Below are positions 21,982 through 34,283 of a stretch of DNA of 64,000 nucleotides, one piece after another. The notes under the pieces were generated by a model. The model had not been told where the DNA came from, made no database searches, and worked only from the letters and a program-made list of their open reading frames with translations. Numbering within the stretch: the first letter of the stretch is position 1; every line of letters starts with the position of its first letter. Source of the stretch: Sphaerodactylus townsendi (taxonomy: Eukaryota); assembly GCF_021028975.2 (NCBI RefSeq), contig NC_059439.1, positions 18,848,001-18,912,000 of the forward strand. Reading direction: 5' to 3'. The translations under genes and the position numbers were made by a program.

Positions 21982-22278
21982 GAAGAAGAAAAGTTGGATT
22001 TATATCCCCCTTTCTCTCCTGTAGGAGACTCAAAGAGGCTTACAAACTCCTTTCCCTTCCCCGCTCACAACAAACACCCTGTGAGGTAGGTGGGGCTAAG
22101 AGAGCTCCGAGGAACTGTGCCTAGCCCAAGGTCACCCAGCTGGCGTGTGTGGGAGTGCACAGGCTAATCTGAATTCCCCAGATAAGCCTCCACAGCTCAG
22201 GCGGCAGAGCAGGGAATCAAACCCAGTTCCTCCAGATTAGAGTGCACCTGCTCTTAACCACTATGCCACTGCTGCTCC
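21982..22278 (-). mobile_element. Full-length Squam3-like SINE
   Basis: Reverse complement of the 13800 copy. Confidence 0.88.
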
Positions 22279-22471
22279 GCTGAAGACTTAGCAGGTAGTC
22301 TAGCATGTCTTTATGGATATATTACCACTGCTACAGCAATTTTTCACTCAGCTGTGCTGACCCGGTGTCACTCTGTTGTGATTCTGTTTTGAGATGGTTG
22401 TCAGGCCACATGTGGATATGTTGTGGGTCCACTTTTTCACATCCCACTGTGACTGTTAAAACCATCTACAC

Positions 22472-23008
22472 CAGAGGCGTAGCTAGGGAAAATGGAGCCC
22501 GGTGCAAAATATGAGTTTTGCTGCTGCCCGCCATGTTTGTGTTTTTTGTATTTTTTAGAGTTTTTTCCGTTTTTGGCCTGCAGGGGGCACAGTTTTTACG
22601 CTAGCAGCATCAAAATTTCAGGGTATCTTTAGGAGACTATCCTGATGATACCAGCTAGGTTTGGTGAAGTTTGGTTGAGGGCATCCAAAGTTATGGACTC
22701 TCAAAGATATAGCCCCCATCTCCTATTAGCTCCCATTGGAAACAATGGGGGATGGGGGCACCCCCTTTGGGAATCCATAACTTTGGACCTCCTGAACCAG
22801 ACCTCACCTAACTTGGGTGATATCATCAGGAGAGTCTCCCCAAAACTCCCTGAAATTTTGGTGCTGCTAGCCTAAAAACCGCACCCCCTGCAGGCCAAAA
22901 ACTGAAAAACACTAAAAAATACAAAACAACCCTGAAATTTTTGCTGCCTCCCCAGGTGCACGCCCGGTGCAACGCGCACCCCCTGGCCTCCTTGTAGCTC
23001 CACCTCTG
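22472..23008. mobile_element. hAT (Tip100-like) MITE with a long internal palindrome
   Basis: CAGAGGCGTAGCTA...TAGCTCCACCTCTG; TSD ATCTACAC/ATCTCCAC; inverted homolog at 57745-58408. Confidence 0.85.
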
Positions 23009-23837
23009 ATCTCCACACAGAATCTGTATACAAATAGCCAAGGCACCATTCAGGAGTTTGATTCACAGCCATAACCTGCACGCAAGCAAGTTCAGTGTAT
23101 GATTGATAGCTGTCGTTACAAGACAGCATGGATTGACTTGAAAACTGCGCTGTCATGGGCTGGGAGGGTAATGCTTAAAATGCAACTCATCTCAGAGAAA
23201 TCATCTCAGTTCTTCTCTTTTGCTCTGGTGTGTGCAAAGCACAGACCCCAAAAGTTTTGTGATGGATTCAAAGCAGCCCTAAAAGTCTTTATAATGAAAA
23301 AGCAATGTGTGACTGCCTGGGAGGAGCCATCAATCTAACCCTGGATATTGGAATTCAATAAAACGCTGTTCAAAGAAAGAGTCAACGTTCCTTATCAAGG
23401 ACTGGACACGTTTGAGTATGCTGTTAATAATGGAACCCTTAGGATCCATACTGGGGCGTGGAGAGAGGGGCAAGGGTTGGCATTTGCCCTCCATGGGATC
23501 CTAAAATCAATTTTCTTAAGTGTACAATGACACATTCTTCAGCAAGAAAATCTTCAGTGAGCTGAGCAAATATGGCTCCCTCCGTTATTTCTTGTGAGTG
23601 CGTTATATCTTGTGAGCACGTGCAAAGTACTCTGGGATTCCAACAGAAGTTTAAATTAGACCAGGGTTCTCTCATTCAATTTTCAGTTGAAATGGGATCA
23701 TTTCTTTGCAGGGTTGGGAGCAACTCTTAGCTTTTCCGCGCGTGCACTGATAGGAGTCACGAGAACATTATCAGTTTAAGAGGGGGGCGGCAAATTTAAC
23801 AAACTAACACTTTTAAAAAAGGATGTGTGACTACATG

Positions 23838-24009
23838 CCTTAACAGACCAGGTGATCGGGAGCAACAGCCGCAGAAGGCCATTGCATTCACATCCTGCAC
23901 GTGAGCTCCCAAAGGCACCTGGTGGGCCACTGCGAGTAGCAGAGAGCTGGACTAGATGGACTCTGGTCTGATCCAGCTGGCTTGTTCTTATGTTCTTCTT
24001 ATGTTCTTA
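23838..24009 (+). mobile_element. CR1 LINE 3' UTR fragment
   Basis: GGACTAGATGGACTCTGGTCTGATCCAG with (TTCTTATG)n tail; homologous to the ~46460 copy. Confidence 0.75.
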
Positions 24010-24074
24010 CATTCACATTCGCTTTAAGGAAGAATGATAAAAGGGTTTGGCACCCCAAAACTATAGGAAATGTA

Positions 24075-24258
24075 TCATCGAAGGCTTTCGCAGCCAAATT
24101 CAACTGGTTGTTGTGGGTTTTCCAGGCTGTGTGGCCGTGGTCTGGGAGATCTTGTTCCTAACGTTCCTAAAGCTGCCAGCCACAGATACAGGCAACATGT
24201 TAGGAACAAGATCTACCAGACCACGGCCACGCAGCCCAGAAATCCCACAACAACCAGT
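24075..24258. mobile_element. Penelope-like terminal repeat in inverted-pair arrangement
   Basis: ~65-bp inverted arms (ACTGGTTGTTGTGGG...CCTAAC / GTTAGG...CCCACAACAACCAGT) with a decayed hammerhead core. Confidence 0.7.
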
Positions 24259-24961
24259 ATAGAAAATGTATCCAAACAATTGGCAGTTGGTGAACTGGTT
24301 CTTTTGAGTCCTCACAGACTAAAGTACAACCTGAATTTTTTTTAAAAAAGTGTTTATTTGTTTTTACCAAGCTATGCTAAGCAGAGTCACATGCTTGTGA
24401 GCCCATGGATTTGTGTGTGTGTGTGTGTGTGTGTGTTCTGTTTAAGATTGTACTGTCAAGGAACAAATATTTGCAAAAGACATTGAAGAACAAAACATAA
24501 CAGGAACACCAGTCTTCGATGTTATATCCCTAGTACTTCATTTGTTCTTAGTTTTGTCTCGTCCAAAAATAGGAGCCACTGTTGCTCGAAAAACAAAAAC
24601 ACTGTCACATGGTTCGTGTCTTTCCACAGATGTTTGCAGGAGATGAGTTTATTCAGCTGCCGGGTAGCAGTGCGAACTGCTTGATAGTTCCTGCAAATTC
24701 AAAAGTACTGAGCCCCCACTGAGGAGGCTGAAGGTAAAAGAAACAAAAGGCACTGGTTCCTTTGGACTTGGAGTCCTTCGGAACCAAACAAAAGAATGGG
24801 CCAGGATTTGGAGCTATCGTAAGTCGTTGAATCACATAAATGGTTGGAGAAAGCCTATATAATTTGTTACATATTTCTTTGCTGAGGATTGACCGGCATT
24901 CCATATCAACCAACAAACATGAGCATGTGCTCGTGTTAGCTGAAGGAAGACAGTAAAAGGG

Positions 24962-25385
24962 NNNNNNNNNNNNNNNNNNNNNNNNNNNNNNNNNNNNNNN
25001 NNNNNNNNNNNNNNNNNNNNNNNNNNNNNNNNNNNNNNNNNNNNNNNNNNNNNNNNNNNNNNNNNNNNNNNNNNNNNNNNNNNNNNNNNNNNNNNNNNNN
25101 NNNNNNNNNNNNNNNNNNNNNNNNNNNNNNNNNNNNNNNNNNNNNNNNNNNNNNNNNNNNNNNNNNNNNNNNNNNNNNNNNNNNNNNNNNNNNNNNNNNN
25201 NNNNNNNNNNNNNNNNNNNNNNNNNNNNNNNNNNNNNNNNNNNNNNNNNNNNNNNNNNNNNNNNNNNNNNNNNNNNNNNNNNNNNNNNNNNNNNNNNNNN
25301 NNNNNNNNNNNNNNNNNNNNNNNNNNNNNNNNNNNNNNNNNNNNNNNNNNNNNNNNNNNNNNNNNNNNNNNNNNNNNNNNNNNNN
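24962..25385. other. Assembly gap
   Basis: Run of N. Confidence 1.
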
Positions 25386-25830
25386 CGCCCAACCCCCGAA
25401 GGGCTCTGGGCGGTGAACAACATAAAGCTCAAATACAAATAGACCTAAAATCAAATACAAGAATCTTTTCATAATATAAGTTAAAATGCAGCAGTTAATA
25501 CATAACAATGCCCGCTAAAATCCTTCTTAAACCCTCCCGAGCGGAGAGAAGAGAGGGTGGGTCTTGTAGATGATAATGGACCCAAAGTTCTGTGGGGATG
25601 AAAGGTGGGGAGGGGGCACTTTCAGAAGCTGGACACTCCAAAAGCCCAGCGGAACAGCTCCGTCTTACAGGTCCTGCGGAAACCACCAAGATCCCGCAGG
25701 GCCCGGACAGCTGGAGGAAGAGTGTTCCACCAGGCAGGGGCCAGGGCTGTAAAGGTCCTGGCCCAAGTGGAGGCCAGCCGCATCATTGAGGGGCCAGGGA
25801 CTACCAGTAAATGGGCCTCTGCCGAATCTT
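25386..25830 (-). mobile_element. L2-type LINE 3' fragment
   Basis: TTCCACCAGGCAGGGGCCAG (ORF2 end, APxWWN-like motif on the minus strand), AT-rich 3' UTR and GGGCGGTGAACA terminus. Confidence 0.6.
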
Positions 25831-26807
25831 CTCAATTCTTGTTAGGAAGGTGTAATTTTCCCCTTCAGAACTTCTACCTCAGGGAAGCTCTGTCATCCAG
25901 GTGGTCCCTTGATGGCCACAGGCCGCTCAGTTTGGCTGGTGGGATATTAAATGCAATAGAGATGCCCAGTGTGGTGTTAGTGGGTTTCATAGCACCTGCA
26001 AGTAAGCTTCTTGATGCTCAATTGTTCCCTCCACTCCCAGTAAAGAACCGGATCATCTGGCTTTCTTCCATTGGAGTTAGGAGGTGCTTCAGAAGGACCA
26101 AGAAGACATCATCTTGGTGACTTCGGGAAAACAGCTGATAACGGGAGGACGCAGGGGTTGCTGACATTATATGACTGGGCGCTGCCACATATGGCAGCCA
26201 TTTTGTTTTTATGTCCACTACCTGTTCTTAACATTCCCAGTGTGTCTGCAGGTCAGCAAAGTTGGGGGTGGGGGGGGAAGCTACAGATGGACAATCTATG
26301 GCAGGTAGGATCAGCAGAAGACAACATATCGCAGGTAAATATTTGGATTCATGGAGAACAAGTTCTCAGTAATTTAATAAAACCCTGCATGCTGTCTAGA
26401 CTACTTCTGCATCCCACCTTATTGTACACATACTAGCAGTTCAGAACTGCTGCTCTAGTCTAGTTCTTTCCTTCCCCTCTTTAAAGCAGGTGCCATCATT
26501 TGATCTTAACATGCTGAATTATCTATAACTGTCCCGTGAGCGCAAAGAAAAGGGGGGGGGATTTTTTTAATGCCGTCTGAAATTATGTAAATTATGTTTT
26601 ATGGTTCCTTATTTTTAGTGGAGTTGATTGCGTTTAATGGATTGAAATGCCTGTATTTGACTGTTGGACACCGCCCTGAGCCCTCGGGGGGAGGTCAGTA
26701 TACAAATTCAATTAAACAAACAAACCAACAAACTTCCATGCTGGTATTACAGTGTTAAAAGAATTAACTTATAGGGCCTTTACTTGGAAAACAAAATGTG
26801 GCCTTAG

Positions 26808-27568
26808 CTGTTGTGGGTTTTCAGGGTTGTGTGGCCATGGTCTGGCAGTTGTTGCTCCTAACATTTCGCCTGCATCTATGGCTGACATCTTCAGAGACAT
26901 GTCATGGTGAGATGCAGGGGCATACTGCCCAGGGGGATATATGGGGTCAAATGTCCCCAGGCTGCAGTCATTTAGTCACATAGGGGCAGAAAATCACCCC
27001 CCCTCCTCCTTCCCCCCTCCCCCCCAGGTCCATACACGGACTTCAAGACCTGGTGCAAAAAAAATTGTTTGGTTGTGGTGGGGGAGGGCCGCCATCCATA
27101 TGGAGGGGGGTAGGGCAAAAAACTCAGATTTTGCAGTGGGCTACATTTTCCCTAGATTAAGGTGACCAGATGGTCACCTTTGTAACCCGGGATAGGTAAG
27201 TAGGCGGGCGAACGTGCGCGTGCACATGCGCACAGCCGCAGGAGCGCACTGCCTTCTGGGGCGCTCCCGTTTCCTGCCCTGTCACAAGGCAGTGCGGCAG
27301 CTTTCCAAAAATCGGGACACTTCAAAAAACCCGCAGGACGCGGGACAAATTGTCTTAAGGTGGGACTGTCCCGCCAAAAGCGGGACGTCTGGTCACCGTA
27401 CCCTAGATGCACCTCTGGTGAGATGTGTTTCAGTGACATGCCTCTGAAGATGCCAGTCATAGATGCAGATGAAATGTTAGGAGCAAAAATTACCAGACCA
27501 TGGCCACACAGCCTGGAAAACCGACAACAACCAGTAGATGCTGGCCGTGAAAGTGTTTGACAATACAT
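26808..27568. mobile_element. Three-level nest: Penelope-like inverted pair > hAT MITE (26915-27417) > Blackjack-like hAT MITE (27158-27400)
   Basis: Perfect TSDs GTGAGATG (outer MITE) and CCCTAGAT (inner MITE, TIR TAAGGTGACCAGA / TCTGGTCACCGTA); Penelope arms on both flanks. Confidence 0.85.
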
Positions 27569-27912
27569 AAAACATTTGTGTGCTCATATGTGTGTGGCTT
27601 GTTTTAACCAGGGCAAATACGAAGCATGTTTCGTCGGCAGGAAAAGCTATCTGTAAAGTTTTGCTCTACCAGTTCTGCCAGGTTGCCAAACCTTTTCTGA
27701 GTAATAATTGGGGTTTGGTGTGTCTGGGTTGGACACCTGGATTGTGGTGTATTCTTGTCATGGACTTGGCTCAAGGTGTTGAACACTGAGTCCTAGACAT
27801 GCTATAATTTTTAATCTAGGCAACATTTATTTGTCTTATATTTTAAAAATTATTTCCTGCCATTCATCCTTCAAAGAAAAAAAAAGACAAATTTTAATGA
27901 ATACGGTCATTA

Positions 27913-28261
27913 ACTCTGTTTCACATAAAGATGTTAGTAGATTGTATATTATTCTGCCACAGAACAAAGCACACCAGACCTTCTTTGTCGCAGAATGCTC
28001 CGCCTGGGTTTTAGCGCCTACCTAACCCTGCTCCACCAATCTGTTTGAAAATTTGAAAGTAAAAATACATTTTGACACAAATGCTCTTGTAATCAAAGTA
28101 CCACGTTCAATAATGCACAAATTAATGGTTTTGACAAAGTGCGTAGAAATGAATGGTAATCCTCATATTCGTTCGGGACTATATGCTAGTGAGGAAGGAT
28201 ACCATTTTCTCAACGGCTGCACCTCAACAGACCAAACTAACATCCTTATGTGAAACAGAGT
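27913..28261. mobile_element. Tc1/mariner-like MITE
   Basis: TIR CTCTGTTTCACATAA / TTATGTGAAACAGAG, TA at the right flank; three copies in the window. Confidence 0.7.
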
Positions 28262-28390
28262 ATGATGGTACTGGAAAAGCTGACAAGAATCATGGGGGGC
28301 TCTATACAATCTGGACATTTTCTCCCCACCTAGCCAAATATCTCAACAGCCCTCGATACCCTTTAAATTCCACTCTCAGTTCATATAGGA

Positions 28391-28900
28391 CAGTGGTGGC
28401 GAACCTATGGCACGGGTGCCAGAGGTGGCACTCAGAGCCCTCTCTATGGGCACGAGCAAACAGAGTGCCCCCCCTCCCATCTAGGCTGGCCTGGGCTGCT
28501 GGGCTTGATTATTAGCATTAAACCTAAGACCCAGTTTTGGGGAAGCAGTGTAGGTAACCCTGTTAAGCGCTGTTAAACCCCACTGATTTTCATGCGAAGA
28601 ACTAAAGTGTGATCCTTTACCTGGGAGTAAGCTCGGTTGCTGGCAATGGGGCTTGCTTCTGAGAAAACCCTCCTAGGGTCATGATTCATCCATTGGAAGA
28701 GTTGCATGGTTGCTTCAAAGCAAAGCCACCGACTACCACCAAGCTTACTCCTGAGTAACGCACACCTCGGAGCCCACCGTTTTTTTCTAAACTAAAACCT
28801 CAGTATTCAGGTTAAATTGCCGTGTTGGCACTTCGCGATAAATAAGTGGGTTTTGGGTTGCAATTTGGGCACTCGGTCTCAAAAAGGTTCGCCATCACTG
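28391..28900. mobile_element. hAT-Charlie non-autonomous element (hAT1-like)
   Basis: TIR CAGTGGTGGCGAACCT / AGGTTCGCCATCACTG; TSD ATATAGGA/ACATAGGA. Confidence 0.88.
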
Positions 28901-29601
28901 ACATAGGACTTTGCTTAGGATTGCCCCTTTGGGTTGATTTATACCCAGTGGTGTTTTTCTGCCTAACTAGAGAGTCCCCAGAAATGTAGAAATACCTGTC
29001 CTCTCTATGGGTGGCCCTCTTCTGCATATTTTGTGACTGGCACAAGCCTCCCACGTTCCAATCAGTTACAGTGATACCAAGTGACTTAAGCAAGAAGAGC
29101 ATCGCTCAAAATATGATATAATCAGCACTCAGATTAAATAGTCAGGGCAATTCAGACCAGTAGAAGCCAATGTATTCAGACGAAACTGCAAACCCTTCCG
29201 GAACATGTATTCATCTCCAAAAGGTGTGAAAGAATTATCCGGTCCAGCTGCGGTCCCCTGAAAGAAATTTTACACGTAAAGGCCTATCAAGGGAGATCTA
29301 ATCCCCACCCTCCCCATAACCCCAGATAATTTTGCTAAACCTAAGCCAATTATAAACTCTCTGAGATCCTGTCAGATTGCCGATAAGCTGATCTGATCCC
29401 ATAATGCTTTTCTTTGATCTCAGAAATTCAGCAATCGGAAAGTTTCATTTAATTGCCTACGACATGATTCCCAGCTCCTCGGTGAACGCTGTGAAATGGA
29501 CCATAAAAAGCAACATTGAGAGAGCAACCTTCAAACTGGGGCAGAGGGTTATTTCCGATTTCAGTAGGCTTAGCCAGGTTTTAGGGACCGGTTGTGACTG
29601 T

Positions 29602-29771
29602 NNNNNNNNNNNNNNNNNNNNNNNNNNNNNNNNNNNNNNNNNNNNNNNNNNNNNNNNNNNNNNNNNNNNNNNNNNNNNNNNNNNNNNNNNNNNNNNNNNN
29701 NNNNNNNNNNNNNNNNNNNNNNNNNNNNNNNNNNNNNNNNNNNNNNNNNNNNNNNNNNNNNNNNNNNNNNN
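29602..29771. other. Assembly gap
   Basis: Run of N. Confidence 1.
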
Positions 29772-30699
29772 GTTGCAATTATATTTCAAATTTTACTTAT
29801 TGAGACATAGATGCCCTGTTTTTCTCTTTCACAGGGACCCAAAGCAGTTTACATTGTCATTCTCACCTTCTTTTTATCCTCACAGTAACTGTGATGTAGG
29901 CTAGGCTGAGAAACTGCATCCAGCCCAAGTCACTTGGTGAGTTCCCTTTTATTTTTACAACAACCCTATTAAATACGTTAGGCTAAGGCCCACTTTCAAT
30001 GCACTTTGCAGCTGGATTTTACTGTGCGTAATAGCACAATCCACTTGCAAACAATGGTGAAAGTGGATTCAAAGTGCATTAGTCTGCATGTGTGGACAGG
30101 CCCTTAGAGAGAGAAACTGGCCTATGGTCACCCCATGAGCTCCCATGGCAGAGTGGGAATTTGAACCTGGGTCTCTCAAATATGAGACAGCCGTTCTAGC
30201 CACTAGGCCACACTGACTCTTGACTGTTACGACTACAGTAAAGTTCAGACACTCTCCTTTCTTGTTTTTAAGCAAAGGGTTTTGTGATTTTTGACACGCG
30301 CGCCTATTACATTGGTCCAATAAATTGTTATTATCTTTGACGGTCACTGTATAGAATCAATGAAATGAATATATGGACACTTCTAAAGTACAAATACATT
30401 TTTAAAAAATACTGGATTGGGGACACCAAGTCAAAAGACAATTGAAACCCAATTCCTTGAATCCTCTTGCTAGACCTCAAAGACCCTTCTCTAAAGATTC
30501 ACATGTTCTACTTTACTGTGTGAAGAGACGTGCAAATTTGAGAATGTGAGATTGGCCATGTTGTTGTATTTTCATTCTGATACCCAGGCTAGCAAGTGGA
30601 AAGGGGATTTGTCCATTGGTTACCATAGATGTCCATTTCCGTGCCCTTGTACCTGAGCATGAATTTGTTTTGTCAAAGACTTTGAATCTATTGGCTATT

Positions 30700-30930
30700 A
30701 TGGGTTTTCCAGGCTGTGTGACCGTGGTCTGGTAGATTTGGCTCCTAACGTTTCACCTGCATCTATGGCTGGCATCTTCAGAGGCACGTCACGGTAATCT
30801 ATGTCGGTGCCGAGGAGAGAAACATATCTTACTGTGAAATGCCTCTGAATATGGCAGCCATTATTGTGGGCAAAACATTTGGAGCAAAAATTACTAGACC
30901 ACATCCACGCAGCTTGGAAAATACACAACA
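30700..30930. mobile_element. Penelope-like inverted terminal repeat pair
   Basis: Arms homologous to the 24075 and 26808 elements. Confidence 0.75.
30744..30784 (-). ncRNA. Minimal type I hammerhead ribozyme motif (Penelope-associated)
   Basis: Minus strand reads CCU-CUGAAGA-U-GCC-(13 nt loop)-GGU-GAAAC-GUU-AGG: intact CUGANGA and GAAA boxes, short stems I and II, palindromic stem III. Confidence 0.65.
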
Positions 30931-31327
30931 GTCACATGAATTTGTCCCTCACAATCTGCAGAGTTCTGGCTCTGACTATTCCTGCTCGCCGTAGTTGCCT
31001 CGGGCTCTTAAGGAGAGGTGACTGAAGTCATTTGAACTCAGCAGATTCTAGGTAGGTCTTCTTGTTGGGTGTGTATATATATATATTAGCAAAGTAGAAC
31101 AGAAGAGACAGATTCTCAGTTGCTTTTTATATATCAGTTTACTAACTATAAAGGGTCACATGGAGGTACAATAAGGAATCCTTTATTTCCTGTTACACAT
31201 CTACATTACTGTACGTTTGGTTACATCTTGATACCGATTTGCTGCCTCGTGCTCGCGGCGGGGCTGGTGTGCTCAAACAAAGAAACAGAATTAATTTTAT
31301 AACTTTAGATGAACGTACTCACTAACA

Positions 31328-31567
31328 CAGACCTGGGCATTATACGGCCCGCGGGCCACATCCGGCCCGCCGGATGACCCTGACTGGTCCCCCTGCCGTG
31401 CTGGGGAGCGAGGCGTCTTTGAAAGCCCCGCAGAAGCCAGTTGCCTTGGCTGCCGGCTTCTGCGGGGCTTTCAAAAGCGCCTCGCCCCCCCTGTCTTTTG
31501 GCCCGGCCCTCCACAATATTTTCTGTTTCTTATGCGGCCCCGTGGAAAAAATAATTGCCCACCCCTG
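31328..31567. mobile_element. hAT-Charlie MITE
   Basis: CAGACCTGGGCATTAT / ATAATTGCCCACCCCTG; perfect TSD CACTAACA; internal palindrome TTTGAAAGCCCCGCAGAAGCC...GGCTTCTGCGGGGCTTTCAAA. Confidence 0.88.
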
Positions 31568-32257
31568 CACTAACATGTAAGCAACGGCTATTTCACTGAC
31601 CAATAGATCAGATCATAAACAGTGACTTCGGCAACTCATTTACATACAAACAATTAACCCTCTTATAACTGGGTGGTGACAGACGCTTGCAAAATCCTGA
31701 CACTTCTTCCCCTGCCGCTCCCTGCTCCCTGTGCGGAATCACGAAAGGGAAGCGAGTCTGAGCTTGCGCTTGGTGGGACTGGTGCCGTTTGAAATGAGGC
31801 GCACGGAGAATCCAGTCGCCCGAGGGCCCAAAGCCTCACTCTTGGCTGTCTTTTGCGAGGTCCTGACGTTTTCCTGCAACGAACACGTGTGCGTGGAGGG
31901 GAGGACGGTGGTCCTGTTTTGCCTGGTGTTGGCCACCTGCATATTTCAGGACTCGTTTTCCAGAAAAGCTGCTGCTCCCTGCCCAGTGGGTGTGTGCAAC
32001 CCGCTACCCAAGTCAGTTATACTGGTTTGGTTGCCCTGTAGAAGTTCCTAGAGAAAAAGGACAGGAGGAATGACGAGTAGGCGTAATCCTCTAGCAAGGG
32101 AGAGGAACCAAAAAGAAGCCAGGGGTATTTGTAAAAACTAGCATTCCTGAGTTCCAGGGAAAAGGGTTCAGGAATATATTGTAGAGTGACCCAGACAGTC
32201 CCATGTTGAGGAGGTTGTTTTGAAGGGGAAATTGTTACCTGTCTCAATGCGTTCTTG

Positions 32258-32432
32258 CGCTCCTACATTCCTGCTGGGTGACCTTGGGCTAGTCATAGTT
32301 CTTCAGCACTCTCTCAGCCCCACCTACCTCACAAGGTGTCTGTTGTGGCGAGAGGAAGGGAAAGGAGCTTGCAAGCCACGTTGAGTCTCCTTACATGAGA
32401 GAAAGGTGGGGTATAAATCCAAAGCTCTTCTT
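32258..32432 (+). mobile_element. 5'-truncated Squam3-like SINE
   Basis: Body and tail match the other copies. Confidence 0.75.
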
Positions 32433-33899
32433 ATTTTCCAGGCAGCCTGACAGTAGTTGGACCTAGTGAATGGGTGATGAGGGGACGTTGGGTCCCCTCA
32501 GTGATTTCGGAAACGTTTCCTGGTACCCTCCACTGGCAATCTGTCTTTATGAAATGAAATTGTGAAACTCGTGTTTGTGTTCTAACTGGGAAAGGACTTG
32601 ACTTGGGGATATGCCACATTCCCAAGATGGAAGACTGAGGAGTAGATCTATTCAGTCTCTCTCATGTAGCAGAGATAGGACCCTTCTGCTGCTCTTTCGC
32701 AAATGTGATTATTTGGTCCTAAATACGGGTAATTACTTTCTTGTCTCTGTGATTTTTTTCCCCCTAGCGGACCAACGTTGCTACCTAATTTTGACCTAAG
32801 CAGGGGATACATTTATATCCTGGTTATATTCCATTACATAATCCAGCGTCCTGCAGCTAAACTACAGCTGTGATAACAGGTTTCAGAGCCGGCTCAATTT
32901 TAAGACCTGATTAGACTTATCTTCCAGGACCCTCTTATCTGCCTTGCGTACCACTTTAGACTTGACCAACATTTACTGATTAAACCCATTTATATAACCC
33001 TTACATGCGGGGGGTGGGTGGAACCCTTATTATCAGGGTAGCAATTTTTAAAAAAACAATCCAAAACACAGTATTATATGTACATATGTACACCTGTCAG
33101 CCAATTTCCAAGTTTCTTCTTTTATTAAGATCATAAAAAGCAACCTTGTTGTGAAAAGAGAGGCCAACCTGCAACAAATAACCAAGTGATCAGAACTCTG
33201 CCTAAAAAAGACCCTAAGACATAGTGAAATATCAGCAGAGATGGTGAGAGGCAGACCTGCTGAGCTTGGGAGACAATTCCAGTGTTGCAGTGCTGGTACA
33301 AGAAAGGTCCTTACTCTGAACGTATTTCAGATGGTGGGAACCCCAGAGAAAAATCTTTATGTGGTGATAACGATACCTAGATTTTCCTGGCCAATTCTGG
33401 AGAAGGTAGTCATTGAAATACTGTTGGCCCAGGCCATTTAGGGTGGTAAAGTTCACACCCAGCACTGTGAATTAGCCCAGAAACTAAATAGAGTAGACTG
33501 AACTAAGTAGGAATAGTAGGATCCAGCCAACTTTTTCACTCTTTCTCTCCCAGTTCTCGTCACAGGAGTCCCTTTACTGCATAGCTTTTCACAGGACGGT
33601 CTCATTATCAGTCTCATAGTGTTTTTAGGTAGAATCATAGAGTCGGAAGAAATCTCCAGGGTCATCTAGTCCAACGCACAATGCAGGAAACTCACACTCC
33701 CGTATCCCCAGTGATCCCTGCTCCATGCCCAATGAAAAACAAAGGGTACTCCTGCTTCTTCACCTGTAGAAAAGCTAGCTAGAACCAACTCTATGGCTCT
33801 TGACGACTTGTGCCTAGTAACAACATGACCCCTGCATTTTTGGACCAGCTTCCAAACGCTCTTCAAGGGCAGCCCCGCACAGAACGCAGTACAGTAAGT

Positions 33900-34283
33900 C
33901 AGGGGCGTATCTGCCAGAGGGACACGGGGTCACTTGATTCCGGGCGCCGACCTATTAGATCACATGGGGCGCAAAATTGCCCCCACCCCCTTCCCGTAGA
34001 GAGGCACCCCCACCCGGCACTCCCTTCTTCACCGGTCAGGATTGCCACCCTCCCCCACCGCCTGAAGGAGCAGCCCAGCTGAGCACCTGCCACAGGCCTG
34101 CCGGGCACCCCTTGGCTCGGCTCGGCCCGGCCCTGCTGGGCTGCTCGGGACTGCCACCACCCTCTGCCACCGCCTGAAGGAGCGGCCTGGCGGGCCAGAT
34201 GCACTGGCTGTCGTAAGTGGGGCGCAGGGGAGGTATGGGAGCAGGTGTTGCCCCGGATGCCATTTTCTCCCGGTACGCCTCTG
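33900..34283. mobile_element. GC-rich hAT (Tip100-like) MITE
   Basis: CAGGGGCGTATC...GGTACGCCTCTG termini; TSD not evident. Confidence 0.65.

Noticed and set aside
24653-25508. ORFs containing X runs (also near 29404, 44066, 53378)
   Set aside because: Artefacts of translating through N gaps
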